The notes beneath the pieces were generated by a model. That model did not search any database. It was not told where the DNA came from and saw only the letters and a program-made list of their open reading frames with translations. A stretch of 64,000 nucleotides of DNA, taken from the NCBI GenBank assembly GCA_964016885.1, contig OZ024742.1, positions 185,504,001 to 185,568,000 of the forward strand. Reading direction: 5' to 3'. The DNA is from Eledone cirrhosa (taxonomy: Eukaryota). Below, one piece after another: positions 26,165 to 37,963 of the stretch. The position numbers were made by a program, and so were the translations under genes. Numbering within the stretch: position 1 is the stretch's first letter; each line of letters starts with the position of its first letter.

Positions 26165-26470
26165 AATGAGGGTGACGATGACAACGATGAAGAGATTGAT
26201 GGTGTTGATGGTGATGATGATGATGATGATGATGGAAATGATCATAATGATGATCATGATGAGGATGACAACTAACCATCATGGTCATGATCATGATGAT
26301 AATGACAATGCTGAAGATTATGACCATAATCATGATGATGATCATAGTAATGATGGCACTGCCATCAATAATAGTGACGATGGTTATGAAGACAATGTCA
26401 ATGATGATGATGGTGATGCCAACAATGACTATGATCAGGAGGATGAGGGTGAGGGTGGTGGTGGTGCTTA
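26165..26470. repeat. Degenerate (GAT)n trinucleotide tract
   Basis: Interrupted GAT/CAT repeats. Similar tracts at 25148-25256, 27440-27520 and 28230-28335. Confidence 0.85.
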
Positions 26471-27440
26471 TGGTGGGTGAAAAGAAATTTATAGGATAAA
26501 CACACATACACACTTGCTAAGACATACAACATACTACAGTTAAAGACTTTGTCAGTGAGACTAAATATAATCGTGTTTTGCTATTTATATAGACTGTAGG
26601 CCAGAATATTTTAATCTCAGTTTGAGAAGTGTTTTCACATGAAACTCTAGAGACATGAATAATTACTCAGCTAACAAAATTAACAAACAAACATATATAT
26701 TCTACACTACGTATTCAGATATCTTTATTCCTATCTATGTCTCATCCTTTTTCTCTCTCCCTTTAAGAAATATAGACTGTGGTAAGTCTAACTGTGTTGT
26801 CATATAGGAATATAGACTATGATAAGACTAATGATGTTGTGATAGGGTAATATAGACTGTGTTGTGATATGAGAATATAGACTAGTAAAACTTATTGTGC
26901 TGTCATATAGGAATATAGGCTATAGTACTGTGGTTATAGGTATAATTTAACCATAGTTTATATCATACAGCTTCTGCTACATCTAGTCAAACTATTTAAT
27001 AGCAGAGGAGGTTATTTCGAAATTGTAGGTGGAAATATTTCAGGCAGTAGCTTCAACTGTTGACAACTAAAGAATTCTCTCTGTGTGCAAAGGATATATT
27101 TTATGCAGAACATGTGTGAAGGCTGTAAGAAATTGAATTGCTTATGCTTCATTGGATGTGTAATGTTATTGTATATGACTGATGAACTAAAGATGAGTTG
27201 AGAGAAAAACTAAGCATAAGAGGAATCAAATGTTTTGTACAGGAGAGAAGATTGCACTGGTTCAGACATGTAATGCATATATATGATGATCACTGGGTGA
27301 AGAAGTACCAGGAGTTCCAAATGGAAGAAAGCTAAGGCAAAGTAGAACCAAGATTTGAGTAGAGGTGGTGAAAAAAAAAAAAATGCAGAGATATTGTGTT
27401 GGAAAGGATTTGTCTAATCTACGTCAGCATGAAAAAATTA

Positions 27441-27491
<51 letters not shown>

Positions 27492-29704
27492 ATGAGATAA
27501 TGAGATGATGATGATGATTTTGAGGATGTTGAACTGAAATATTTTTGTTATATTTAAATATATATATTTGACATACATATTGATAATTATTCGGCATAAC
27601 AACAATTAGGATTTAAGAAATTATCATCATCATCATCATCATCATCATCATAATCACTGTTTAACATCTATTTTCATTGCAGGAGTAGATGGATTGTCAT
27701 GAACTGAAGCTTGACTAGTCAGATGACTACTTCATGCTCATATACTCAATTTTTGTTTTGTTTTCTATGGTTAGATGCCTTTCCCAATGCCAAGCACTTT
27801 ACAGCATGCACTGGGAGCATTTTATTGTGACACCAGCACTACCACCTTACAGAGTGGACTGGATGCTATTTGTTGTGGCACTAGCACTACTATTTTACAG
27901 TGAAGACTGTGTGTATTTTGTCATATCACCAACACTACTACTTTATAGAGTGGTCTGTGTGGCACCAACACCCCCTCAAATGTTAAGTAATTTTCATAGA
28001 GCAATGTAGACCCATAAGTATAGCAACATTAAGTTTGAAATCAATATTTACATTTATAACAGGAATGTTACTAGCATTGCTATTAGCACACTTAAATCTT
28101 TATTTTTATATTTACAAAACTCTAATACTGGCATTCTTTTATGTAAATGCAATGTTTCACATTTACATAGGGAAAGAAACAAGATTGTATGATGTTCATA
28201 CCATTCCCCCACGCATTAGAAGCCTAAGCAGTGATGATGATGATAATGATGATGGCAATGATGATGATGTGAGTGGTGGCAGCAGCGACGACAATGACGA
28301 TGACGAGGATGATAGTGATAATGGTGATGATGATAGATCTTCTGTCAGTTTTGATGATCATTCCACCATTAAATCAACTGAAAGTTCAACTTAGGAATCA
28401 GCATGTAAATGGCTGTGTATCCCTTAGGCACATGTACTCAGGGAGATTCAGCATGATACAGTGTGTGACATGCTTTTGAATTACACGGGTTTCTAAATAG
28501 GCAAGAGTCAACCTGTGGCGATGATAAAGACATTTACCCAAGATACCATGCAGTTGGATCAAATCCAGGACCTTATGATTGTGAAGTAAACTTGTTAATC
28601 TCTCAGTTGTGCCTGTGGCCAGTAAATAGCTTCAGTGGAAAATCAAAACTGGCCCAGAAACCTAGTTTTCTAGGGACATTCTCCTTATACAGTGCTTCTT
28701 AAAGTCTGGTAAATATCACCATCCTCCAAGGCAATGTCTTCTCCATTCTGTCAGTAGGGACCACAAGGAGTACTGTCCCTTAAGTTTCATTATTGCAGTG
28801 GCATGTGAAATAGAGATCTCTCACTTTGTTAGTTTACATATCATTTGGATTTTTAGAAAAACATATTTATAATTTCTTTTGGGAAGGATTGTTTGTACTT
28901 AGAGCCTTGTGGTTTAAATTAAATACTTTAATCCTTTTGACAGGTACTGTTACTATGAAACCAAACAGTTCATTTTAAGGGGTTTCTAATTTAAAATCTC
29001 TAGCATAATTTTATATAAGAACCTTTTGTTAAGTTATGTTACAAATTCCTTCTAATAATACTTTCTGATTTAGGCATGAGGTCAACAATTTTGAAGGAAG
29101 GGAAAGCTGATTAAATCGACCCCAGTGTGTACTTTGTCTTATCGACCACGTAAGAATGAAAAATAAAGCTAACCACGGCAGGATTTGAACTCAGAACATA
29201 AAGAGAGGTGACTATATGCTGCAAAGTATGTTGTTCAATGCTCTACCGATACTACCAATCCAGTAATAATGAAAGAATTAATAATTTGAGCAAATCCCTC
29301 TGAATTCTTCATTGATTTATTGATATATAATGTATTTCATTATAAATAAGGTAACAAAATGGCTAATGTTCATTACTTCAGCCAACTCTAGTGTCGTTTG
29401 TATGAAGAATATTAACAATCAGATGATCTGTGTGTGGCTAAAATAACTGCTAAAAAATGAAGGATGTTTTACAATGAGTTCTTTCTTATAACATATGTCT
29501 GTAATAACATATGGACATCACAGTAATTTAATGAAAGTCTTATGTACAAAGAAATATATGAACACCACATTTTTCACATAACAATAAGGATTATGTAATA
29601 TAGATACTAATGATAGTATTATATAAACACACATGCTCTTTACATAATATACATATATAAATATATATATATGCAGGGTGTCTGCAAAAAATGTATACAC
29701 ACTT

Positions 29705-30090
29705 CAACAGCATTCTAAAAAAGAGGATATGTGGAAGCTGGAGATAAATGAGGCAAGTATGCTTCGGTGGATCTGCAATGATAATGTGTGGAACGACAAA
29801 GCATGGATGAATTGAGAGAGAAACTGGGTATGAAAGGAATGAGTAGTAGTGTGTAGGAGAGGAGTCTACATTGGTATGGGTGAAGAAATGCCAAGTAATC
29901 CCAGTGGAGAGAGATGTGCAAAGGAAGGCCAAGAAAGACCTGGATGAAAGTGGTGAGAGCTGATCTCAGTACGCTAAAGCTCGCGCAGAAGATGACAAAG
30001 GAATGTGACAAGTGGAAAGTTGTTCTACTGAGAAGGACCCATCCAACTCATGCAAGCCTGGAACAAAGAACGTAAAATAATGATGATGAT
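29705..30090 (+). mobile_element. RTE-like LINE 3' end with (TGA)n tail
   Basis: NEASMLRWICN...ELREKLG...LHWYG...GRPRKTW pattern, then the 3' UTR CATGCAAGCCTGGAA shared with local SINE tails. Similar fragments at 27160-27450 (+) and 59213-59365 (-). Confidence 0.7.
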
Positions 30091-30485
30091 ATTATATATA
30101 TATGACATATGTGTGTGTGTGTGTGGGGGGGGGGACCCTTCAGTTGTGTCAACGATAAAATGTGTCACGATAAAATGCACTTGGTAGAATGTGGAATCAT
30201 ATGTAAGTGAGATGTGAACCATCAGTCTAGCTGGGAAAGAGGACATTAAATGAAGATGATGATGACGATGATATATATATATATATCATACCTGTTTAGC
30301 ATGCATTTTTCTATGCTTGCATGGGTCAAAGAGGTCATCCGTGTTGAGAGACAAGTCTGACAGAACTGTAAATTTAGTCAGGGTTTTTACAGCTGGATGC
30401 CCTTCGTTACACCAACCACATTTACATATATATACATATAATACATTGAAAGTCTCCAAACAAAAATGTGCATAACAAAACTTAC

Positions 30486-30785
30486 CAGCAAGTATATTTT
30501 CTATTTCTTCTACCCATTTCTTACAGAGTTCTTTGCACGGATTGGAAAATACAAAGGTTTTCTCCAAGAGTTTATTTCCGGATTGTTCTTCATAGGTAAG
30601 TATAGAAATGCCCATACAGATACCTTGCCCTTCACCCTGATCTTTTGTTCGTCGATGTATAATACGGGCACCATAGACATTTTTAAATTGAACACAACCA
30701 TCATTAGACACAGAATCTAGACTTGATAACTTGGTTCGTTTGAACATTGCATTGAAGAAAGTGGATTTTTGACGACTGGCGCCAT
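30486..30785 (-). CDS. CERKL: Ceramide kinase-like gene, internal coding exon (PH-like domain), 300 bp, phase 1-1
   Basis: Acceptor ttactttcAG and donor G|GTAAG. Translation (D)GASRQKSTFF...VQFKNVYGARIIHRR...GICMGISILTYEEQSGNKLLEKTFVFSNPCKELCKKWVEEIENILA resembles, from recall, the vertebrate CERKL segment ...[45 protein letters not shown]. Confidence 0.8.
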
Positions 30786-31344
30786 CTGAAAGTAAATTTA
30801 ATACAGATAGTCAGGTAAGTGCCAATATAATTCAAATAACCATTATATTAAAGCTGTTGTATCTTTTATGTAAAACGTTGGTCAGCTTAGAAAGGGGGTG
30901 GAAAGGGTGTGTATGTGTGTGAGAGAGAGAGAGGAAAGGAGCGAGAAGAGTGTGGTGTAGAGTGGTTGGGATAGAGGTGGTAGCAACAACCCCAATTTTT
31001 TTCTTTTTAATCCTGTCTGTGACAAGTCTATATAGAAAGAGGACAATGAGAGAGTGCGTGAGTGAGAGAGTGAAAGAGAGGATGGAAGAGAGAGAGAGAG
31101 TGGTGGTGATAGTTGTGCTGGCAGTGACAGTTATTACTTTTTAAAATATCTGATGATTTAATTGTGTATGTATATATATGTATATATGTATGTGTATATA
31201 TATATATATGTATGTATATATATATATATATATATGTGTATGTATATATATGTGTATGTATATGTATATATATATGTATGTATATATATATATATATGTA
31301 TGTATGTATGTATATATATGTGTGTATATATATATATATGTGTC

Positions 31345-31950
31345 AGGTCACCAGTTGGTGCTACTGGTAACATGTATTCCAGTACAACCTGTCTCATGGT
31401 CGGGTCGTTGGTGACTAAACTGGCAACCCCACCAAGGTTTCTTGGTGAGGAGGGTGACTTTGGACATCCTGCAGGACTAAAAACAAAACCTGTCAAAGAG
31501 CAAAGGAGCTCTTAAGAGTCAATGGCAATCCAAAATCACCGGGAGAGATGACCCCTTAGCCTTTGTCAAGGCAGAATTCTAGGAGAAGGAAAACTCTGAT
31601 ATAACACCTGCAACTCTGATGGTATCCAATGATGTTGACTTGTTCTCCTTTTTGGTAAATATCATCTTGGTTAAGAGAGTGGGACTGGCTTTGTGCAGTG
31701 CCTTTGCTCACTATAAAAGCTTCACGGCACAGGCATTGCTTTATATCTGGAGATCTCTCTGCACTTGTCGTCACATAGTACCATGGGCCCAGCACTATGT
31801 GTCAATAATTGTCACAAGTGTAGTGTTTGTACCAGAGTTTTCAAGTCGCTGGCTGGACTAAAAAGTCACACTCGTTCAGCGCATCGGTAGGAGTTCTCCT
31901 ACATGGATATAAAGTAGTGGCCATACTCGAAAACGAGTTGGCAGCCACCA
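31345..31950 (+). mobile_element. Non-autonomous RTE-5'-derived element, copy 2 (longer at the 5' end)
   Basis: Direct near-identity with 8919-9463. Confidence 0.65.
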
Positions 31951-32239
31951 TATATATATATATGTAAAAAAGAAAATTTCGCTCTACATGACTGAATACA
32001 ATAAATGTAATCTGAGTTTAGCGAATATTAATAATTATTTCTACTTTAGGCACAAGGCCAGCAATAAACCAGTGTATTACTGGTACTTTATTTTATCGAC
32101 CCCGTAAGGATGAAAGGCAAAGTCAATTAGCGAATATTAATAATAACATTCGATTCATTTGCAATTATGCAAACAAGCCTCAATTTTATAGCCATGTCAG
32201 TAGAATGAGCCCCTCATTCTTGCTCTTATGTTGGCATGC

Positions 32240-32301
32240 GAACAGAACTGCAGACAATAATGTTTCTGGGTATCACCCTTCATCAGTACAGATCACTGTT
32301 C
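32240..32301 (-). ncRNA. Type-I hammerhead ribozyme with extended, internally looped stem I
   Basis: GAACAG-TGAT-CTGTA-CTGATGA-A-GGGT-GAT-ACCC-A-GAA-ACA-TTAT-TGT-C|TGCAG-TT-CTGTTC. GUC triplet. Confidence 0.8.
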
Positions 32302-32579
32302 ACCTGCCAAACTGTCAGAGCTAGTGAAAATATATGCTATTTTCAAAAATACACAGTGACTGATCAGCCTGATTTGCATATTAGCAGACTGACTGATCAG
32401 TCAGATCTGCATATTAGCAGATCCACTGATCAACCAGATTTGCATATCACCAGGCAGGCCAGTCAGTTTCCTGTATATGAGCGATAAATGGACGGCTTTG
32501 CCAAATTCAAATAAAAAAGAAAGTTTCGCTCTACATGGCTGAATACAATAAATGTAATCTGAGTTTTTCGAATATTAAT

Positions 32580-32765
32580 TATTGTTTCTACCTTTGGCAC
32601 AAGGCCAGCAATTACCCAGTGTATTACTGGTACTTTATCGATCCCGTAAGGATGAAAGGCAAAGTTAACCTCGGCGGGATTTGAACTCAGACTATAAAGG
32701 GCCATAACTCTTTGCTGCAAAGCATGGCGTCCGACCCTCTACCAATACTGCCAATCCACCGCCCT
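32580..32765 (-). mobile_element. Full-length tRNA-derived SINE with Nin-domain-like core and target-site duplication
   Basis: A box TGGCAGTATTGGTAGA, B box GAGTTCAAATCCC, core GCCTTTCATCCTTACGGG..GATAAAGTACCAG and TSD TTCGAATATTAAT. Other copies at ~7300-7375, 10380-10487, 17346-17470, 20600-20720, 22850-22950, 29060-29265 and 32035-32128. Confidence 0.85.
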
Positions 32766-33179
32766 TCGAATATTAATAATAACATTCGATTTGTTTGCAA
32801 TTATGCAAACAAGCCTCAATTTTATAGCCATGTCAGTAGATTGAACATTTCATTCTGGCTCTGATAGCCAGAAACATTAGTGTCTGCAGTTCTGTTTGTG
32901 TGCCAATATAAGAGCAAGAATGAAGTGTTCATTCTACTGACATGGCTATAAAATTGAGGCTTGTTTGCATAATTGCAAACGAATCAAATTTATTTTAGTG
33001 ACCACATATATACATATGAAAAAGTAAACATAAACAACAAAGCAAACCACACAATACAATGAAGAAATATATTAGTTTAACGCCTGATATAACAGGAAAA
33101 ATTCATCAGAAGATAGAATGAAAAATAAAAGATAAAATAGAAAGATAATGAGTCAGAGAGGAAGGTGGAAAAGAGTCAG

Positions 33180-33217
<38 letters not shown>

Positions 33218-33223
<6 letters not shown>

Positions 33224-33407
33224 TTAAAGGTCCAAATTAATTGCGTCCGTAGGTGGTGTGCCGATATGAGCACTCGATGCTCATGTGGAGCAGAGTATCA
33301 ATAATGATATATAAGGGAACCAAGAATCAGTGTTGCATCATATCCATATTTAATTACATATTACATATGTTTCATTGTCGATAAGCTCGAGGAACGATCG
33401 ATTAATG

Positions 33408-33446
<39 letters not shown>

Positions 33447-33687
33447 TTAACAACTATGTTATCATATATCTGAGGAGCTTCCGATTCCAGAGTCAGGATC
33501 GATCATTAATCGATCGTTCCTCGAGCTTATCGACAGTAAAACATATGTAATATGTAATTAAATATGGATATGATGCACCACTGATTCTTGGTTCCCTTAT
33601 ATATCATTATTGATACTCTGCTCCACACGAGCATCGAGTGCTCATATCGGCACACCACCTACGGACGCAATTAATTTGCACCTTTAA

Positions 33688-33693
<6 letters not shown>
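33218..33693. repeat. ~190-bp inverted repeat pair around (TA)n containing a degenerate HHR
   Basis: 33218-33410 is the reverse complement of 33502-33693. Confidence 0.9.
33464..33555 (+). ncRNA. Degenerate type-I hammerhead (GAAA mutated to AAAA)
   Basis: ATATAT-CTGAGGA-[long insert]-AAAAC-ATAT-GTA|ATATGT. The inverted arm keeps GAAACATATGTA, which shows the ancestral core. Confidence 0.55.
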
Positions 33694-33771
<78 letters not shown>

Positions 33772-33800
33772 AGATCCGAAGGCATGGTATAAATTTCAAA

Positions 33801-33890
33801 TCATTTTAATCACGACACATGTTTCAATAAGGGATAGATCGATCGTGTGGTCATGATCGATTGTCACTGATCTCATCAGGTGAATAATGA
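33801..33890 (-). ncRNA. Type-I hammerhead ribozyme (left arm of the 33763-34138 palindrome)
   Basis: TCATTATTCAC-CTGATGA-[long imperfect stem II with ATCGATC/GATCGAT]-GAAAC-ATGT-GTC|GTGATTAAAATGA. Confidence 0.65.
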
Positions 33891-34012
33891 AAAGTCTTCA
33901 AGAGTCTATGAGAGAGGAAAAACTAACGATGTTCACTCACTATGGGGAACAAAACTCTAGTGAGTGAACATCGTTAGTTTTTCCTCCCTCATATGAAAGA
34001 TTTGAAAACTTT

Positions 34013-34102
34013 TCATTATTCACCTGATGAGATCAGTGATAATCGATCATGACCACTCCATCGATCTATGCCTTATTGAAACATGTATCGTGATTAAAAT
34101 GA
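34013..34102 (+). ncRNA. Type-I hammerhead motif (right arm of the palindrome; GUC changed to AUC)
   Basis: TCAC-CTGATGA...GAAACATGTATC|GTGA. Inverted copy of 33801-33890. Confidence 0.55.
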
Positions 34103-34268
34103 ATGGAAATTTATACCATGCCTTGGGATCTTTATTTTGATACAAATACTCCGTTTTACATTATCTAGCTGTTCTCTTAAATATAATTGGAGATATACAA
34201 AAGCGTGGAGAACTTAATATTGCCAACAAAAGTTTATTGGACCGTATGACACAATCAATAATACACCT

Positions 34269-34357
<89 letters not shown>

Positions 34358-34361
<4 letters not shown>

Positions 34362-35094
34362 GGAGGTGAGTTTTATTGTAGTACAATAAAGCAATGCAGA
34401 TATCGGATAAGAAGCACTCTACAGTTTGTGGGACTGGAGTATACATAATATATAAGAACAAAAGAACATAGAATCAATTATTACATAATACAACACATTC
34501 TTACTCTATATCACCTTATAAAAATCCTTCGTAAACATATACAATTTTTGACGTTAGAATATTCATCCGCAATTCATTATTCTTTTCTCCCTATCATCTA
34601 ACTCATTATTCTCAATACATATTAACTCCTTCTCTTTCTTCGCACATATTTTTCTCTTTTTCTCTTCGTTAATTTTCAAATTCTTTTAATTTACACATTA
34701 TCTTCCAACGGTTTTCAACCTCTCTATGTAAAACAATATATCTTTTTCAGTTATAAAAACTATCTCTCTCTCTCTCTATCACCCATCTCTCCTCCTATCT
34801 CATCCTTCCTCACTATACTCCTCCCTCTCCACCTTCACTCTCATCTCCTCTTTTTTTCATCCCCCCCCCACTCTAAATAAAATATTTTTCCCAATATCAC
34901 ACATCAATCTAAAACTACTTCTCGTATGTTGATTTAAAACTGAACTATCCACAAGTGTTTTTTAGCCTTCATATCATGTCCTCCTGTTTTATCTGATGAA
35001 AACACAAATATTATTGCAGGATGATATTTGTTTTTGAAATGCGCATAATAAAATACATGGAATTCCTTTAACCATCTTTTGTTCTTATATATTA

Positions 35095-35095
<1 letters not shown>
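34358..35095 (+). mobile_element. Longer member of the 20753-21070 HHR cassette family, in (TA)n
   Basis: Same left arm (ATGTAGGAGGTGAG...) and same right ~170 bp including the HHR. Confidence 0.75.
34975..35059 (+). ncRNA. Type-I hammerhead ribozyme
   Basis: TTTTAT-CTGATGA-[15-bp stem II]-GAAA-TGCGCA-TA|ATAAAA. Confidence 0.75.
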
Positions 35096-35125
<30 letters not shown>

Positions 35126-35219
35126 CTAGCTTGACCACAGCCACATAGCGATTCTTAGCCATTTTTGAATCTAATTTTGGCGCGATCGGGTTGGAAAATT
35201 AGATGTCTGATTTTGAGTT

Positions 35220-35298
35220 TGTCTCCTGATGAATCCTAACTCAAGACATTCCTATTATTTGGATGTCTAAAAATACGGATGAAACCCTGGTAGAGATA
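35220..35298 (+). ncRNA. Type-I hammerhead ribozyme
   Basis: TGTCTC-CTGATGA-ATCC...AGACATTC..GGATGTCT...GGAT-GAAAC-CCTG-GTA|GAGATA: 6-bp stem I, stem II ATCC/GGAT with a distal hairpin, GUA triplet. Confidence 0.75.
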
Positions 35299-35578
35299 TA
35301 ATTACGGTATGTACACATTTCTTCTAAGTTTAATTTTACACCTAATTGTGTATGGTTGATGATATATTTAGTCAGTTTCTACATGCTGTCGAAATGTTGG
35401 ATAAATAATCTATTGGGGCCACCGCGAAGAGGCCATTTTCGATTATTTGTCGGAGATTTCTTCATAAGAGCCTTTCTTCTTATAGCTTGGTCTAATTGAT
35501 TTTTATATGGTTAATTATGCTAATTAGAAGAGGAAATAGTATATATTTTATCTAATAATTCTAAGGACATGATTTATG

Positions 35579-35650
<72 letters not shown>

Positions 35651-35654
<4 letters not shown>

Positions 35655-36289
35655 GGAAAAAAGGAAACGAAATTTCAATTATCACTCTTAGTACGGCTGT
35701 TACTTAAATATAAGTATGTATACGTACATACATATATGTATACAGACGTACAGTAGTATGCATATATATATATACATACATGCACACATATATATATGTA
35801 CGTATGGATTCACCGAACATTTATTATAATGCTCGGTGTGTTTGTAAACAAACATCCCGAATTTTGTAACAAACATCCCGAATGTTGTAAACAAACATCC
35901 CGAATTTTTTCCGTTTATCATTTTCGGTACCCCGGCCGATTAACTCACTCGATATGCAAATTAGGCTGCTCAGCCGTTAATATGCATAAGGAAAGTATAT
36001 ACTTTCAGACGTTCAACCATCTGGCAGGAAGGTATACTTTGCTGACGATAGCTAATAAACTTGAAACTAGTACAGCGTTCCTTTGTCGGTGTTGAACAAA
36101 TGAGCAACGATGGTTGCTTGACACTGTACGGCTTAATTCGGGATGTTTGTTTACAAACACACCGAGCATTATAATAAATGTTCGGTGAATCCATACGTAC
36201 ATATATATATATATATGTGTGCATGTATGTATATATATATATGCATACTACTGTACGTCTGTATACATATATGTATGTACGTATACATA

Positions 36290-36292
<3 letters not shown>
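35651..36292. mobile_element. Inverted-arm cassette of the 11405-11895 family, with HHR motif at 36036-36078 (+)
   Basis: 35710-35860 is inverted relative to 36138-36292. TTG-CTGACGA-TAGCTAATAAACTT-GAAAC-TA-GTA|CAGCGT, with one stem I and one stem II mutation. Confidence 0.75.
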
Positions 36293-36355
<63 letters not shown>

Positions 36356-36423
36356 GACTGAATTTAGTCCAGAAATAGCCGTCGAAACGGCTTGAACTCT
36401 GCCGTCGGGGTCTTGAACATTTT

Positions 36424-36479
<56 letters not shown>

Positions 36480-36559
36480 AAACTGGAACGGGAACAAAAA
36501 CAGAGAGACTACAAACAAAGGTTTATTAGTTTCACGCGCTTGAGAGTGGAGGGGGGGGG

Positions 36560-36592
36560 GCGTTTCAGGCATAAGCCCTTCTTCAGGAGAAA
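36560..36592 (-). ncRNA. Partial hammerhead core (Penelope-LTR type)
   Basis: CTGAAGA-A-GGGC-TTAT-GCCT-GAAACG on the minus strand. The cleavage site and stem I 3' strand are missing. Confidence 0.4.
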
Positions 36593-36957
36593 AGTGGGTG
36601 GGAAGAGAGTTCCGAGGAGGGTGTGTGGGGGAGTGGTGGAGAGACATTTAGAAAAAAAGAGGGGGGGAGAAAAGGGAGGAAAAATGGTTGAATGGGTACA
36701 TATAAAAATAAAAATAAACATAAAGATAAACAAGTGGTGGAAGGGTGTGGGGCGTGTAGGGATGGTGGCCGGTGGAGTAGGGAGAGGGAGGCGGGGGTCC
36801 GAGCGGGGAGGGCTGAAGGTGGTGTTTGTGTATGTATGTAGGTGTACGTGTGTATGTGAATGTGAGAGTTGGGGAAGAACGAGGTTCCATGTTCAGGAAA
36901 CGGTGTGTGTGGGGGGTGGGGTGTAGGTCGATGTGTGCGTATATATATATATATACA

Positions 36958-37035
<78 letters not shown>

Positions 37036-37497
37036 TAAGAATAAACGTGCTGCGTGGTTGCTAATGGGTTACATATGAATAAAGTTAGTCCTTCATCAGC
37101 GATCTTCCAACCAACATTGGTATTTCATCGCTTTAAATACCATATACCTCCGGTTGGTGCGAGCAACGGCTAAAAAAAGTCGTTGGGACACGTAAATAAA
37201 GGGAACAGCGAGAGTGTAAACAAACAAAGATGGTGAAGCAACGAAAAGTGAGGAAGAAAGAATCAAGTCCCAAATTTCCATGAATATAAGTTCGGTGAAA
37301 TCGTGAACGAGAGATAATAAAGACCATCAAACCTGGTTGGAATGTGAGCAAGGAAGGAATTCCGTACAGGTCTAACGGGAGGAAGAAGGAATCTAGTCTG
37401 TGAATTCGGTGAACATAAGTTCTGTGAAATCGTAGACGAGAGAGAGAAAAAAAGCGAACCTGCCTGACCAAGGGTGCAAAAGAAAAGAATTACGCAC

Positions 37498-37563
<66 letters not shown>

Positions 37564-37601
37564 TTATATATATATTTATATTCATTATATATGTATATAT
37601 T

Positions 37602-37701
<100 letters not shown>

Positions 37702-37915
37702 AGAGAGATCATCATTGTCAACATCATATTACGTCTGCCCTCCATGCTGGAACGGCTTGGGTTTGTTTGAAACTAGACGGGTCAGAGAGATTTCATCTTG
37801 CTTAAACATTCTATTTTTGACGGGGTTTCTACAGATGGATGTCTTTCGTAATGCCAACCACTTTGCACAGTGAACCGAGTGTATGTTATTGTAGCACCAA
37901 CACTTTACAGGGTGT

Positions 37916-37963
<48 letters not shown>

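Larger units (their letters stand above)
31965..32990 (-). mobile_element. HHR-bearing cassette: tandem ~440-bp units plus an inverted arm, each unit interrupted by a SINE
   Basis: Unit start AAAAAAGAAA.TTTCGCTCTACATG at ~31965 and ~32512. 32855-32990 is inverted relative to 32150-32270. Confidence 0.7.

Noticed and set aside
30286-30485. C-terminal part of the 153-aa ORF 30286-30747
   Set aside because: Read-through past the GTAAG donor at 30485 into intron and SINE sequence. Only 30486-30785 is exon.
37060-37105. CTGATGAAGG on the minus strand of a TA-flanked island
   Set aside because: No downstream GAAA or cleavage site. At most a truncated remnant.
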